Source: Tubiluchus corallicola (Eukaryota; Animalia; Priapulida). Taken from it: a stretch of 64,000 bases of DNA. Shown here in pieces: positions 40,980-52,603 of the stretch. The position numbers and the translations under genes are program-made. The notes below the pieces were generated by a model. That model ran no database searches. It saw only the letters and a list, made by a program, of their open reading frames with translations, and was not told where the DNA came from. Every line of letters starts with the position of its first letter. The first letter of the stretch is position 1. The DNA lies in contig JAQGDQ010000732.1 in assembly GCA_030141605.1 (NCBI GenBank), positions 41,751 to 105,750 of the forward strand, given 5' to 3'.

Positions 40980-42482
40980 TATTTTTCTTAATCCAACAGA
41001 GAATTGTGAAACCAAAAAATATATTATGAAATTAAAAAATAACAAATCCCCTGGGCATGAAAATGTTCAAACCATGTTTTATAAACTTGCAGTTGATATT
41101 ATATCACCTGTATTAACTACTATGTTTAACTGTGCTATTTCAAGTTTAATATTTCCAGATATATTAATGATTGCAAAAATTGTTCCTGTATTTAAATCTG
41201 ATGATCCTGTATTTAAATGTGATGATACTAATAATCCCTCTAATTATAGACCAATTTCTATACTATCTCCAATAACAAAAATATAATTTTTGATAGACTA
41301 AATAATTTTTTTATTAATACAAAGGTTATATCAAAACTTCAATTTGGATTTAAGAAAAACTATTCCACAGAATTAGCTACTGCCAAATTTATTGAAAACA
41401 TGCTGCACAACATTGATAACAAACTCTATACGTGTGCTATATTCCTTGACTTATCTAAAACATTTGATACTGTGCAGCACAATATACTTCTCTACAAATT
41501 ACAACATTATGGCATCAGAGGCACTGCACTTCAGCTACTAACATCTTACTTATCTAATCGTCAACAATTCACCGTCATCAATAATACCTCTTCAGATCGA
41601 GCACACTTCACCTGTGGAGTTCCCCAGGGGTCAACATTGGGCCCATTACTATTTCTTATTTATATAAATGATCTTCCTATGGCATCTAACTTTAATATGC
41701 GCATGTTTGCAGACGATACTAACCTATTCATATCTGTCACCAATCTTCTCAGTCTTGAAACTAGAACTAATGAAGAACTAATCAAAATTAGCAATTGGAT
41801 GATAGCTAACAAACTATCAGTGAATTATAACAAGACTAAGTACATGTTGATTACTAAGAAACCTGTTCTACCTATTACAATCAAAGTAAACAGTAACGGT
41901 CTTCATCAAACAACCGGCATCAAATATCATGAAATGGAATACACATATAAAAACCATTGCATATAAAGTCAATAAAAACTCCAGTATATTCAGCAAACCT
42001 AGGTACTACGTAGATACAAAAACCCTGAAGAAGATATACTATTCTCTTATACATCCCTATTTGCTTTACTGTATTCTATGTTGGGGGAGAGCAAAAAATA
42101 ACAGCCTGCGACCATTAATTACAGCCCAAAATAAAACTGTTAAATTTATTACTTTCTCAAACCGGCATGATCATGCTGTATGCTCAGTTATGCTCAGTTA
42201 AACCAATTAATAGTAAAAGACATATATACTCAACAGTTATTTAAATCTATGCATAAATTTACTAATAATGCTCTCCCCGAACTATTTGCAAATTACTTTA
42301 CTCAAACTAGAAACATACTTTCATACAACACCAGAGTGTCTCGTAGGGGTAATTACTTTCAGCCCAGATTTAACACTATAAATGGCTTAAATACATTGCA
42401 TCACCTTGGCACTAAATTGTGGAATAATTTAGATCCACTACATCATGTAAAACTGCAGTTAAACTATTTTGTAATCACCTGA
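40980..42482 (+). mobile_element. 5'-truncated, degenerate LINE reverse transcriptase (CR1/L2-group-like), copy A
   Basis: KSPG, NYRPISIL, QFGF, FLDLSKTFDTV, GVPQGSTLGPLLFLIYINDL, MFADDT; stops and frameshifts. Confidence 0.9.
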
Positions 42483-42632
42483 TTATCACCTATTAATAGG
42501 TCTTACTCCCAAACTTAACTCAATTGCTGTTTTGCACATTTATATTCTCTTCTCTACTCTAGATTACTGAAACTTATTACCCACAATACAAAAAAAACTT
42601 TTTTATGATAAATCTCTTTGTAAGGATCCTTT

Positions 42633-42790
42633 ACACACATATATGCATATGTAAATATGCATATATGTGTGTGTATAAGTATGTGTACGTATGTGTGTAT
42701 GTATATATGTGTACGTATATGTATATGTGTGTGTATGTATGTGTATGAGTTTTTATATACATCTTTGCGTGCGTGCGTGCGTGTGTGTGA
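42633..42790. repeat. Mixed (TA)/(TG)/(TGCG) microsatellite
   Basis: Directly visible; almost absent at the equivalent site (~55462-55487) in copy B. Confidence 0.9.
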
Positions 42791-42951
42791 ACCAAAACCA
42801 CATGGGTGCTGATAATGCGTTACATGGTTTACTATCCTATTCCCAAAAATAAAAATATGCTTGCTTGCCCGCTTGAATATACTTGCTATATTTATGATTA
42901 AATTTGCTTTTTTGTTTGCTTTTCATTCAATAGCTGCATTTATAGATTGAC

Positions 42952-43816
42952 GATTAATCTCGGTTTGTAGAAATTGATTTACTTGGTGTGAAATCATGTT
43001 AGAGACTAAGTTGTTTCTAATTATTACAGGACTTTCGGTTGTTACGAACGCTGAGGTCTTAAGGGTGGACTGCGATAAAAGTGGTTCACACTTTGTTGAC
43101 TTTGGCGAACGAGGAGAGAGAAGAAAAGTTGATGTGCGTGTAGAGGGAGTCGCATGCGCGCTAGATGGGAATGAATATGATGCCATAACCATTCCCTGCA
43201 CATGCGACAACGATGGAAACGCACAAAAATGGTATCTTTGCAGGTACAAGTGCCTGCAGAGAGATTCCAAAGGAGATAGAATGCTTAACCTGACTTTGGT
43301 TGTTGTCAGAAGGATGAAAGTCACTGAGAAAATGTTGTCATTCCAGATGCGTACTGCAAAAGTTGGTAGAGCGAAGAGAACAGCTATCGGAGAAGATACC
43401 AAGCAGACCGTATCTATAAATGAGTGGCAAATGTCTATCAGTGAGAGGATTGATCAAGTGTTGGAAGTAGGTTATAAGCACTGGATTATTACAGCATTGG
43501 CTATAGCAATATACAGGCTCAGACCCGGACCTCTAAGAAATGCATTGGTTGGATTCGCTTTGGTGTATGTTCTAACATACGGTTTCGGTCCGGTTGAAGC
43601 AAGAGACTATGTCTCACGTATAGAACTAGAACCAATGGCTAATGTAAGTGAGATCAAACTTGAAGATATCAAGAGTGATTCTCATTTCAAATATGGCATG
43701 CCTGATACTGAATGGTATGTTGAAGTGGATAACAAACTTAATGTTGTTATACACCTGATGAGAAAATATTGGGCTATGCTGTTGATGGTGCTGATTAAGT
43801 CATATCTAACAAAATC
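42952..43816 (+). other. Candidate endogenous viral element: flavivirus-like prM-M-E(N-terminus) fragment; ORF 42996-43841
   Basis: 865-bp insert absent from copy B. It encodes a signal peptide (…VTNA/), a 109-aa 6-Cys domain, a furin site RAKR, a 74-aa segment with two hydrophobic helices, a signalase-like VEA/, then RDYVSRIELEP…. Confidence 0.65.
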
Positions 43817-44175
43817 ACTGATGTTCATTTATTACATTTAATACTTACTGTACAAATTTTCTTCGTTTGTTTTTTTTTTGTTTTTTTTGTGCATTTATTA
43901 TTTAACTACATTTTCGTTCATTTGCTGCATTTTAGTTCACTCGCTGCATTTATGATTTAACCAGATTGCTTGCTTTTTTGTTGTTGCATTCATGACTTGT
44001 TCAGTTGTTGTTTTAATTTTTAATTGCGTTATTTGCTTGTTTTTTTCCATTGGTATAATTATAATATAACTGCCTTGCATTTTGTTTATTTGCTACACTT
44101 TAGACCTAACTACGTATTTATTCACTTAACCATGTAGTCTGTCGTGCTTTACAATATTTCTAAGTTATAATAGGG

Positions 44176-47100
44176 GTGGCTGACTCGATGACCTCCTGGT
44201 CTTTCGCCATCCTATCTCTACATACGTTACATAATTTGTTGTATTTGCGCTATAAATATTATATTAGAGATGAATAAAGCTTTGAATTGAATTGAATTTC
44301 GAATTATTAAAATTAGTAGATAGCCTAAAAAATGCAAATTTGTTGGATTTCCAGTCTTATGGCAATTCCAAACCAACAAAAACCAGGGCACTTGCAAAAG
44401 CACTATACAGTTTGGGTATTAAAGTAGGGTGGGCTTTAGATTTAATCGAAGACACAAGTCCTGCTGCCACACGAACATTGTACACAAAAGTGAAAAATTT
44501 TCAAAAACGGTTATGCGAAAAATGTCAGAAAATGCAAAAGACAAGGTTGTGGCAGCAGTCTTTAGTGCCTTGCCTTCCACAAGTAGTGGCAGTGCTAGTG
44601 AAAGTGCACATCACTACAACCAAGCAAGCCAAACTTTGAATTTAGGTACTGTAATAAAATTGGGTTGTCTCTAGAAGAAATTTTGAGTTGCGCAGGTGGA
44701 AATAAGTTTGAGAGTTCCTCACAAAGTAAATCAAAATTTTCTGTAGATCAGCTTAGTAAGGGAGTTGCTTGGGAAGTGTACACTGCTTGTGCTAAAAACA
44801 CAAAAAAATTCAAAAATGTGTTAGTTGCTTGCTGTGAACCCTGTTTGCTGTGAAGACAAAGACGTTTTGCTTCCAAAACTCAAAAATAGACTCTACCATA
44901 TGCACGTGCTAATGAAAAAAAATCCAAGAGTGCATTATGCTACTTGAAAAAGCCTTTCTTAGGCCAGGATGAACAGATAACAGCCAATATTTCAAATGCT
45001 AGTTCTAGTTCGTCTACTTATGTTACAGTCTACAAGAAGAGGACCGCATTTCTTGAAAAACAGAAAAGGGATTCAAATGCAGCTTATAATGTAGAAACAG
45101 AGAGCTTAAAAATGATATCGCTCAGCTTGAAAAGCGGTTACAAACCATTTCTTTGCTGAAAAAGAACGCACAGTGTAAGAAATTGACAAATGCAGCAAAT
45201 CTGGAACTGGTTGGTAGCACAAAGAATTTGAAAAAGAAATTGATGAGAAGCAATTCCAAAATTGGAAAACAGAAAAGCAACATTGAAAATTTGAAAAAGC
45301 AGTGGGAAGCATGTTCTGCAGAAAATCTCAACCTGACAGAAAAATTGTCTGAGTTTGAAAGTAGCAAAGAAGCGATGGAGAATGAAGTGCTTGGTAGAGA
45401 AAGTTTATTAAAACGAGCCGAGGAGAAAGAAGCAGAGTTACAATCTCACATTGATGCATTATTGAAAAGTCGTGGAAAATAATCCAAAAAAATTCTTACT
45501 GCAAGAAAAAGTTTCAGAAATTCAAACAAAAAAATTTAGTGAGTAACTCTGCAACAGTTTCTTGTGAACTGGAAAAAATAAAAAAATCATTAGCTGAGGG
45601 ACTGAAAGAAAACAGTAATTCAAAGCAAAGTATAGAAGAACTTGTAGAAGGAACATCAGATATGACAACATCGTGCATGAAGTTTACAGGAAGCTAGTAT
45701 CTTTAAATGTCGGAACAAGATCATGTGCAGAAGTTGTGAAGATAGTTTTGGAAAAGATGGCCAGTGCAAAAGTGGGGCGTTTACCAGGAAAAGATTTTGC
45801 GAGGATTGTTATACTGGAAGCTAAAATACTAGCTCAGGTACATGTACTGGGCATGCTACTACCTGAGGAAAATATTACACTGTGCAGAGCTGGGACCAGC
45901 AAAGAGGGAAAGCCCTATGGGACGTGCAATATTCAAACGAGTTAGAGAGAAGCACTCACTATTGGTACTAGGGATTTGCCCAATAAATTATGTTCCTTCA
46001 CAAGATTTTTTTACAGGTTCTTTTATGGTTGGATCAGATCCTAGTTCATTTTTAAAATAATCCTCATCTTCCAAGGTTCAAAGCGAGATTCTTAAGGAGT
46101 TACCTAACTAAAAAGTTGTCAGGCTGTACATTGCTTCACTTAGGTATACAACCTCACGCCCTGATTACACACTATTGCGTGTATGCAAAGATCAACAGGA
46201 TTCGCTATAATTATAATCGTTCTGACGTTACATATCGACTTTCTTGCTTTAACGAGTTAACCAAATTTTTTTATCGTATAATCCGTGTTAATCAATATAC
46301 GTAGTTAAAAATAAACCACTGTATTTTTTATTTCGCATCATGTAACTGCGTTTTAAAAAGATTTTATTACGTTTTCTGTGAATTTTATTTTCTGGGAAAT
46401 GGCTATTCTAGGAAATGGCTATTCTAGGAAATGAAAAATCTTTATGGGAATTTTTTTCTAGCAAAAAACTTTTCTGTGAAGTTTTTTGCCGGGGGATATT
46501 GCAAAAAATTTTGTTACATTTAGCTAAGCTTCACGTTTTAAATGTAGATGAACAAAAACAGTGGGCAGATAGATTTGTTTCAAAAATTAAGAATACAATG
46601 ACTGATCGATATTGTAAAAAAAAGTTGCAGTCTTATGCAAGAATATAAGGAAAGGGTGCTTCCAAATATTATAAAGGGATACGACAGAATCACAACAGTT
46701 GAGATTCTTGTCACAAAATGAACAACTTTTTTGTGGAATGCATTTTATTGTAGGTCTAGGCACTCAAGCCTATGCTGCCCTGAATGTTTGGGAGAAATGC
46801 ATTTTTGGTGATGCATTTGAAGATCGGGTCGGGTATGCTAAAGTAGGCTGTTTTCCTACAGCAAATGAAAGTGGAACAACTAGGCTGGTAAGGACAGTGT
46901 GCAAAGCTGTTGGATCCAGGGCATGTGAAAAGTCAGGAAGGCAAGAACATTTTGCCATTGTGGCACTATTCTAAATTCTTTTGAGCTCATTTATAATATG
47001 AATGATGTTTACCAGCAATTGCAGAATAAGTTGTGGGTCTGGGCAGTTGATTCCAGTGAGCTTTTAAATGGTAATAGTAGGTTGTTTGGAGAAATGGGAC

Positions 47101-48315
47101 AGTGGGACGGTATATCAGAAAAGCTGTTCCAAGCCAATGAATCTGGCATACAAGCAAAACAGGCCTTAGAAGTGATATGTGCAGGATTTTTGGTTGTTGT
47201 AAAATGCATGCTATCAGATCATTTGCTTAGGGGAAGCCATACAGAGTCTAGTGGACAGGATGAGTTAGCTACTGCCCCTGTTCCTAGTACTAATGTTAGT
47301 GCTGAAAGGGATTTTGGAATGTTGGATCGGATAATGAGTGAAAAGCTAATGCCACCTTTATCGCGATTGAAGGATTAATAATGTATAAGCAGAATAAGAC
47401 AGCAGATTGGTTAGAAGTCAGTGAAGATTCAGACAGAAGAACTTGTAGCCTGGCGAAAAGAAGTGCAAATAAGGAAACAACCGAAACAAATGCAACACAA
47501 GGAAAGTAATCTAGCAAAAGAATAAGTAGAACAAGAAAAGAAAGAAAAATTAAGCAGGGCATTATTCAGCATAGGTGATTTGAGAATGCAGATTCAGTAC
47601 AGGAAAGTAGTTTTAGGACAGGGTAATGTAAAAAAACTGTTTAAATTTGCCTTCAGATCAGCAAAAATTTACTGCAGAGAAATTAGCCACCAATTCAGCA
47701 AGAGTCAGGCAATGTCAGCAGTTGTTAGACAGCATCTATGGTGCAATGAAGCAAGTGCTATTGCAACAACATCAGAAACAGAACAAATCAGAAGTCAATT
47801 CTTAACTTACGGTAATCTGGAAGAGATGGCAAGTACACGAAAAAGATGCGGAATAGCAGGTGAGGGTAGTCTCCGCAGTGACATAGATCCTTGAAAATTG
47901 TTAGCTAGAAGAATGAAGCACCTCCGTTTGGTAAGGGAGAATTGTTCGATTGTGTTATAGTCAGAGTTGGAAACAGATGTGGGACAAGATATGATGGTTA
48001 CAAGAAAATTTGTCTGTGAAGATTAGCAAACTTAAGAGATGACATTGAAAAGGGTAAGCTTGTTGAGATAGAAGCAGACTTTAGTGGGGAAAAGCATACA
48101 GAATTTGTGGATTGATGAGGACAGTGGTGAAGAGATTTCGTACAGAGGTGGAGAAGTAGCAGAGTGGGATGGGAACACTGTATTCAGTGTTGGTTTTCAA
48201 GCAGATGAGGAGGAGGATGAAGATGAGGATTGAGATGAAGATTACAACACTGAAGAACACTGCAAAAATTACCTGTGCTGAAAGACTATGATCAATTTGA
48301 ACTCAGAATTCTGTA
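44176..48315 (+). pseudogene. Decayed large DDE transposase with CxxH motif and N-terminal coiled coil (hAT/P/MULE clan-like, family unassigned), copy A
   Basis: Fragments TLCR[A/D]GTSKEGK, IKNTMTDR, FCGMH, ESGTTRLVRTVCKA, TNVSAERDFG, NKTADWL and an acidic tail; many frameshifts. Confidence 0.6.
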
Positions 48316-49004
48316 AAAAAATAATAACAACGAAGATTATGTTTATGAAATGTAATTTATAAATTATATGTTTTTCACTTGTATTCTTCAATTGTATGGT
48401 TAGTGCAGTTTTTTTGCTTTAACATGTCAAAACATTGGAAAATTCTATGACTCAATTAATAACTTGACACTTAGCAGCGTCGTGTTTTTTACACTTCGGC
48501 GGATAGAAAACAGGATTAACCGTGCACCACATTACTAAGGCGTTAGAGTACACACTATAAAAAATTCTGCTGCTCAATATCTGAAACAGTACGTGTACTC
48601 TAACGTCCGCGTAACAAGAACAATTAAGAACGTGTACTCTAACGTCCGCAATGTAACAATTCAGTCGTCTTTAATCCCTGGCTAGCTATAAAAATCTCTA
48701 GCCGCTAAACTTTCAGCACTACTTCAAGATGCGTTTCACATTGGCATTATTATTTTTTGGCATTCTTTATCTTTGTCTTGTGTTCGGAGGAAAAGACAGT
48801 ATTTCGAAGGTAATAAATTTCTCTTATATTAATTTACATTAGCATTTATCAAAATATCTAAAACTATTTAAGTCTAAAGTTTTCTGAATAACATGTTTGG
48901 TTTCATACATGTTATGTTATGCATAAAATGAAATGAAGAATAATTTTCCATATTGTTTGAAAAATCTTTGTTTTTTTAACAAAAATATGTCTATGTTACA
49001 GAAA

Positions 49005-49385
49005 ATGGAAGGATTGCAGTTGAATCCAATTGAACAGCAACAAGAACAACAACAGGAACAAGGACAGGAACAAGGACAGGAACAAGGACAGGAACAAGGA
49101 CAAGAACAAGGACAGGAACAAGGACAGGAACAGGAACATCAACAACAACAACAACAAATTCTTGGACATTTCATGGCACATGTGCAAACACAACTTGAAA
49201 GCATTTCACGCATACAACAACAGCAACAACAACAATTACAACAACAGCAACAACTATTACAACAACAGCAACAATTACCACAACAGCAAAATATACATCC
49301 CATTCAAAACAGACGACGATATAGACAACGCCCATACAACAACAGACGACGCGGATCCAACTGCGTGTACAATTTCTTCAACTGA
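49005..49385 (+). CDS. PolyQ/EQGQ-repeat, Arg-rich-tail small protein (126 aa), copy B, intact
   Basis: Upstream donor gaag|gtaata (~48810) and acceptor gttacag|. Open reading frame ending RRRYRQRPYNNRRRGSNCVYNFFN. Confidence 0.45.
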   Translation: MEGLQLNPIEQQQEQQQEQGQEQGQEQGQEQGQEQGQEQGQEQEHQQQQQQILGHFMAHVQTQLESISRIQQQQQQQLQQQQQLLQQQQQLPQQQNIHPIQNRRRYRQRPYNNRRRGSNCVYNFFN

Positions 49386-49794
49386 ACTTCATATGAATTA
49401 TCGAGAACCACTTCTGCTTCCGAACATTTTTTCGAAATTTTGACCAAACAGCCTGCGGAAAAAACGTTCTAGCGGCGCCTGGTGGGACTCTCGGAAGGAG
49501 ATATATGGCTCATCAGAAAGAGGAAGAACGGGGCTACACGCCCTTAAATATAACCAACCGGCCCTTTTCAGGGCCACAAAATTTATCCGATTTGATAAGA
49601 AAATTCTCGATAAGATTCGAGGCTACAGCTCCGACGAGGGAACCATTTGCAGCGATCTATACATCAGACGAAAGGTCTCGATCTAGTGTCAGGCCATTGA
49701 TGGTTTATTTTTCGAATTGGGCCCACCGGAAGGAAGGGGGGGCGAAAAAACCCCAAAAATGGCCATTTCTCGACCGTTTTTTGCAAAACTTATA

Positions 49795-51977
49795 CAGTGG
49801 CCGCCGCTTATTATGGACACGGTTATTGTGGACAGCCGGTTATTGTGGACAACTCGCGAGGGACGGAATTTTGCCCTAATAAAATCCGCCGGTTAATATG
49901 GACAGCGAACATTCTTGGCACGTGAACCAGCCGTGCCAACCACGGCCTGCGCGCGTGATTGAAAAGAGCTTCCCGCTCTGCTGCCTGTGTGAGTCATTGC
50001 ATCAGTCAGTTCGCCGTTTGCCGTGGCCCGTGAAGGTTGGGTGCGCTCTCTGTATCACCTCGCGTAATCAACTGTGTCCAGAAGGCTGTCCTGCTTTGTC
50101 TTGGCAGTGAACTCGATTAGACTCGCATTGTGTTGTGCTTGTAATTGGTGTGTTTTGCATTGCAGTGAACAAGGCTAGGTTTGCGAAGTGCCGTTTTGAT
50201 CACCTCTCCGTAGCCTAGCTCCACTTAACTTTTGCATAACCTCATCTCCGCACGTCCTCTTCTTCTTATTCTTCTTCTTCTCTCTCAGATGGGTAAGCGA
50301 AAGGACCGTTCTGTGACTGAGAAAGTGGCACTGTTGAACAAGTTCTACGATTTGAAGAAGGAGAACCCTAGGGTCAGCTTGCGGGATGCGGCAGAAACCC
50401 TTGAAACGAAAAAGAGCGCTCTGCACTTGATGATCAAGAACGAAGCCGAACTTCGTCATGAAGCTGCTGAGGACGGTGTGCAAATCAAGCGACATCGGTG
50501 TGGAAAGGATGAAGACATCGAGGACGCTCTGCTGCAGTTCTACAACTGGGCCCACCAGCGAAACATCCCTCTTAGTGGTCCATTGTTGATGGAAAAGGCC
50601 AAGGCAATCGCTGAAGGAGCGGGTGTTGCGTTCAATCCAACCGATGGGTGGTGTTCAAGGTGGAAAAAGAGAAACGGTTTGACTTTCATCACATTGCGAG
50701 GAGAAGCAGCCGAGGCCGAGACATCAAGTGCCGACGATTTCTTGAAGAAGGAATGGCCGACTTTGTTGGGTCAGTTTGACAGGAAGGACATTTTCAACAC
50801 CGACGAAACGGGGATCTACTTCCGCGCTCTTCCTGGTTCGACGTACGTCAAACTGCGCAACAAGAAGACGGCAAAGGGCTTCAAAACTGCCAAGGACCGG
50901 ATCACTGCACTTGTCACGTGCAGCCTCGAAGGAGAGCGGCTTCCCCTCCTGATTATCGGCAAATCCAAATCGCCACGGTGCTTCAAAGGCCGTGAACTGC
51001 CGAATGACTGGATTTACAAGTTCAGCCACAATGCATGGATGACGGCAGCGATCTGGGAGAGTTTTCTGCGCGAACTCGACCTCCAGATGGGGCGGCAGCA
51101 GTGAAACATCTTGCTTTTGGCAGACAATTGCAGCGCCCATGCACAGGTTCAGGGACTGAAGAATGTGACGATTCGCTTCCTGCCACCAAACACGACTTCG
51201 GTTCTGCAACCATGTGACCAAGGGATCATCAGGGCGCTGAAGGCTCTCTTCCGGACAGCGATTCGCCGCAAAATCTTGCAGATCATGGAGGATCTCGAAG
51301 ATGAAAATTCTTCTGCACACGAAGTCGTGAAGAAGTTGAACGTGTTGCAAGCCATGGAAATGCTCTCTGCCGCGTGGAAGACGGTCAAGCCGGAGACCAT
51401 TGTGAACTGCTGGAGGAAGGGAGGCTTTGGAAATGTCGACGAGGAGGTCGACGAAGTTGCAACTGCAATTCCCGTCCCGGAAGAGGTCCCTGAAAGCGAC
51501 GCCGAGGACTTCATTGCTTGGGTGGCAGTCGATGACGACGCAGAAATTGCTGAAGAGAGGACGAGTGAAGAGATGACGCATGACCTGGTGTAACGCGTTG
51601 CTGCAGCAAAAACCGAAGTTGAAGATTCCGAAGAAGACGACGATGAGGAAGAAGCGGAGCCTGTTGTCTCGTCGAAAGAAATGAGGGCCGCCCTTGAGGT
51701 GCTGGAGCGAGGCCACAGGCAGAACGGTCTCAACATTGAGAGCTTCGAAACTGTGATAACTTCCTTCCGTTCAAGGTTGAGAGAAAAGTTTCCTGCCAAA
51801 CAAACTCGTCTGACTTCTTTTTTTCAATAAAACAGGAGACGAGTTGATACAGACAGTTTTTTGCCTTTTTTAATGAAGGGGAAGGGTCTTCATGGGTCAC
51901 TTCGCTTAATATGGACAGCCGCTTAATATGGACATACACTGCTGGCCCGAGGTGTCCACAATAAGCGGCGGCCACTG
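49795..51977 (+). mobile_element. Full-length Tigger/pogo DNA transposon (2183 bp)
   Basis: 26-bp TIRs CAGTGGCCGCCGCTTATT[A/G]TGGACAC, TA target duplication (49793-94, 51978-79) and subterminal ...TGGACA repeats. Confidence 0.95.
50289..51830 (+). pseudogene. Tigger/pogo transposase (CENP-B-type HTH + DD30D), two in-frame nonsense codons
   Basis: FNTDETG, LLADNCSAH, LQPCDQGII and a C-terminal PIP-box-like QTRLTSFF. Stops TGA at 51102 and TAA at 51591; no frameshifts. Confidence 0.92.
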
Positions 51978-52575
51978 TACCTCTTATTTCTGAAGAATGG
52001 GAACGGGCCGAGGGTGGTACTGGGTATGGATAGATAGCCCGTTCAGCGGTAGGTGTAGTAGGCACATTTAGAATTCGCGAGAGGGCCATGGCGCCCCGCA
52101 ACGGGCGTTTTCCCGGAACCAACTCGCGATTTTTTCGAAATTTTGACCAAACAGCCTGCGGGAAAAACGTTCTAGCGTCGCCCGGTGGGACTCTTGGAAG
52201 GAGCTTTATAGCTCTTTACAAAGAGGAAGGACGGGGCTACACGATGATGTGGGTTATATTTTAGGGCAGGTCCACCGAGAGGAGTATCAACGAGTTAATT
52301 ATGTGTTCTATTTTCCGCAATTTTTCAATAATTTTCGCTTAGAAAACTGCGACGCATTCCATTGTGCTGACGTCATCCATTGTACTCTGTCTATAAGTTT
52401 AACTCAGTAAAAAGCTGCTGCTGGCTTTGCGTTAGATAAACAGACATACAGTAGGCATGATGTGATGCGCTACAGGCTTTGCGTTAGGTAAGTAGGCAGG
52501 ATGTTACGGGCTTTGTGTTATAAATGAGGACTAGGTAGAATGTTCGCGTATTATTGATTACACGTGTATTTATAT

Positions 52576-52603
52576 GCAAAATCTTTTGCGGGTCCTTTGC
52601 TAG
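52576..52603 (+). mobile_element. Helitron-like 3' terminus
   Basis: Hairpin gcaaaa-tc-ttttgc(ggg) followed a few nt later by CTAG|T. Confidence 0.4.

Larger units (their letters stand above)
40359..48338 (+). repeat. Segmental duplication copy A (copy B 53178-60267)
   Basis: Colinear, near-identical sequence from cattacctgcgattggttgagc to gaattctgtaaaaaa..caacgaagatt. Confidence 0.95.

Noticed and set aside
42923-43402. 159-aa minus-strand ORF over the viral insert
   Set aside because: Antisense to the structured + ORF, crosses the insertion junction and has no motifs.
50724-51799. 330-aa and 216-aa minus-strand ORFs
   Set aside because: Antisense shadows of the GC-rich Tigger transposase.
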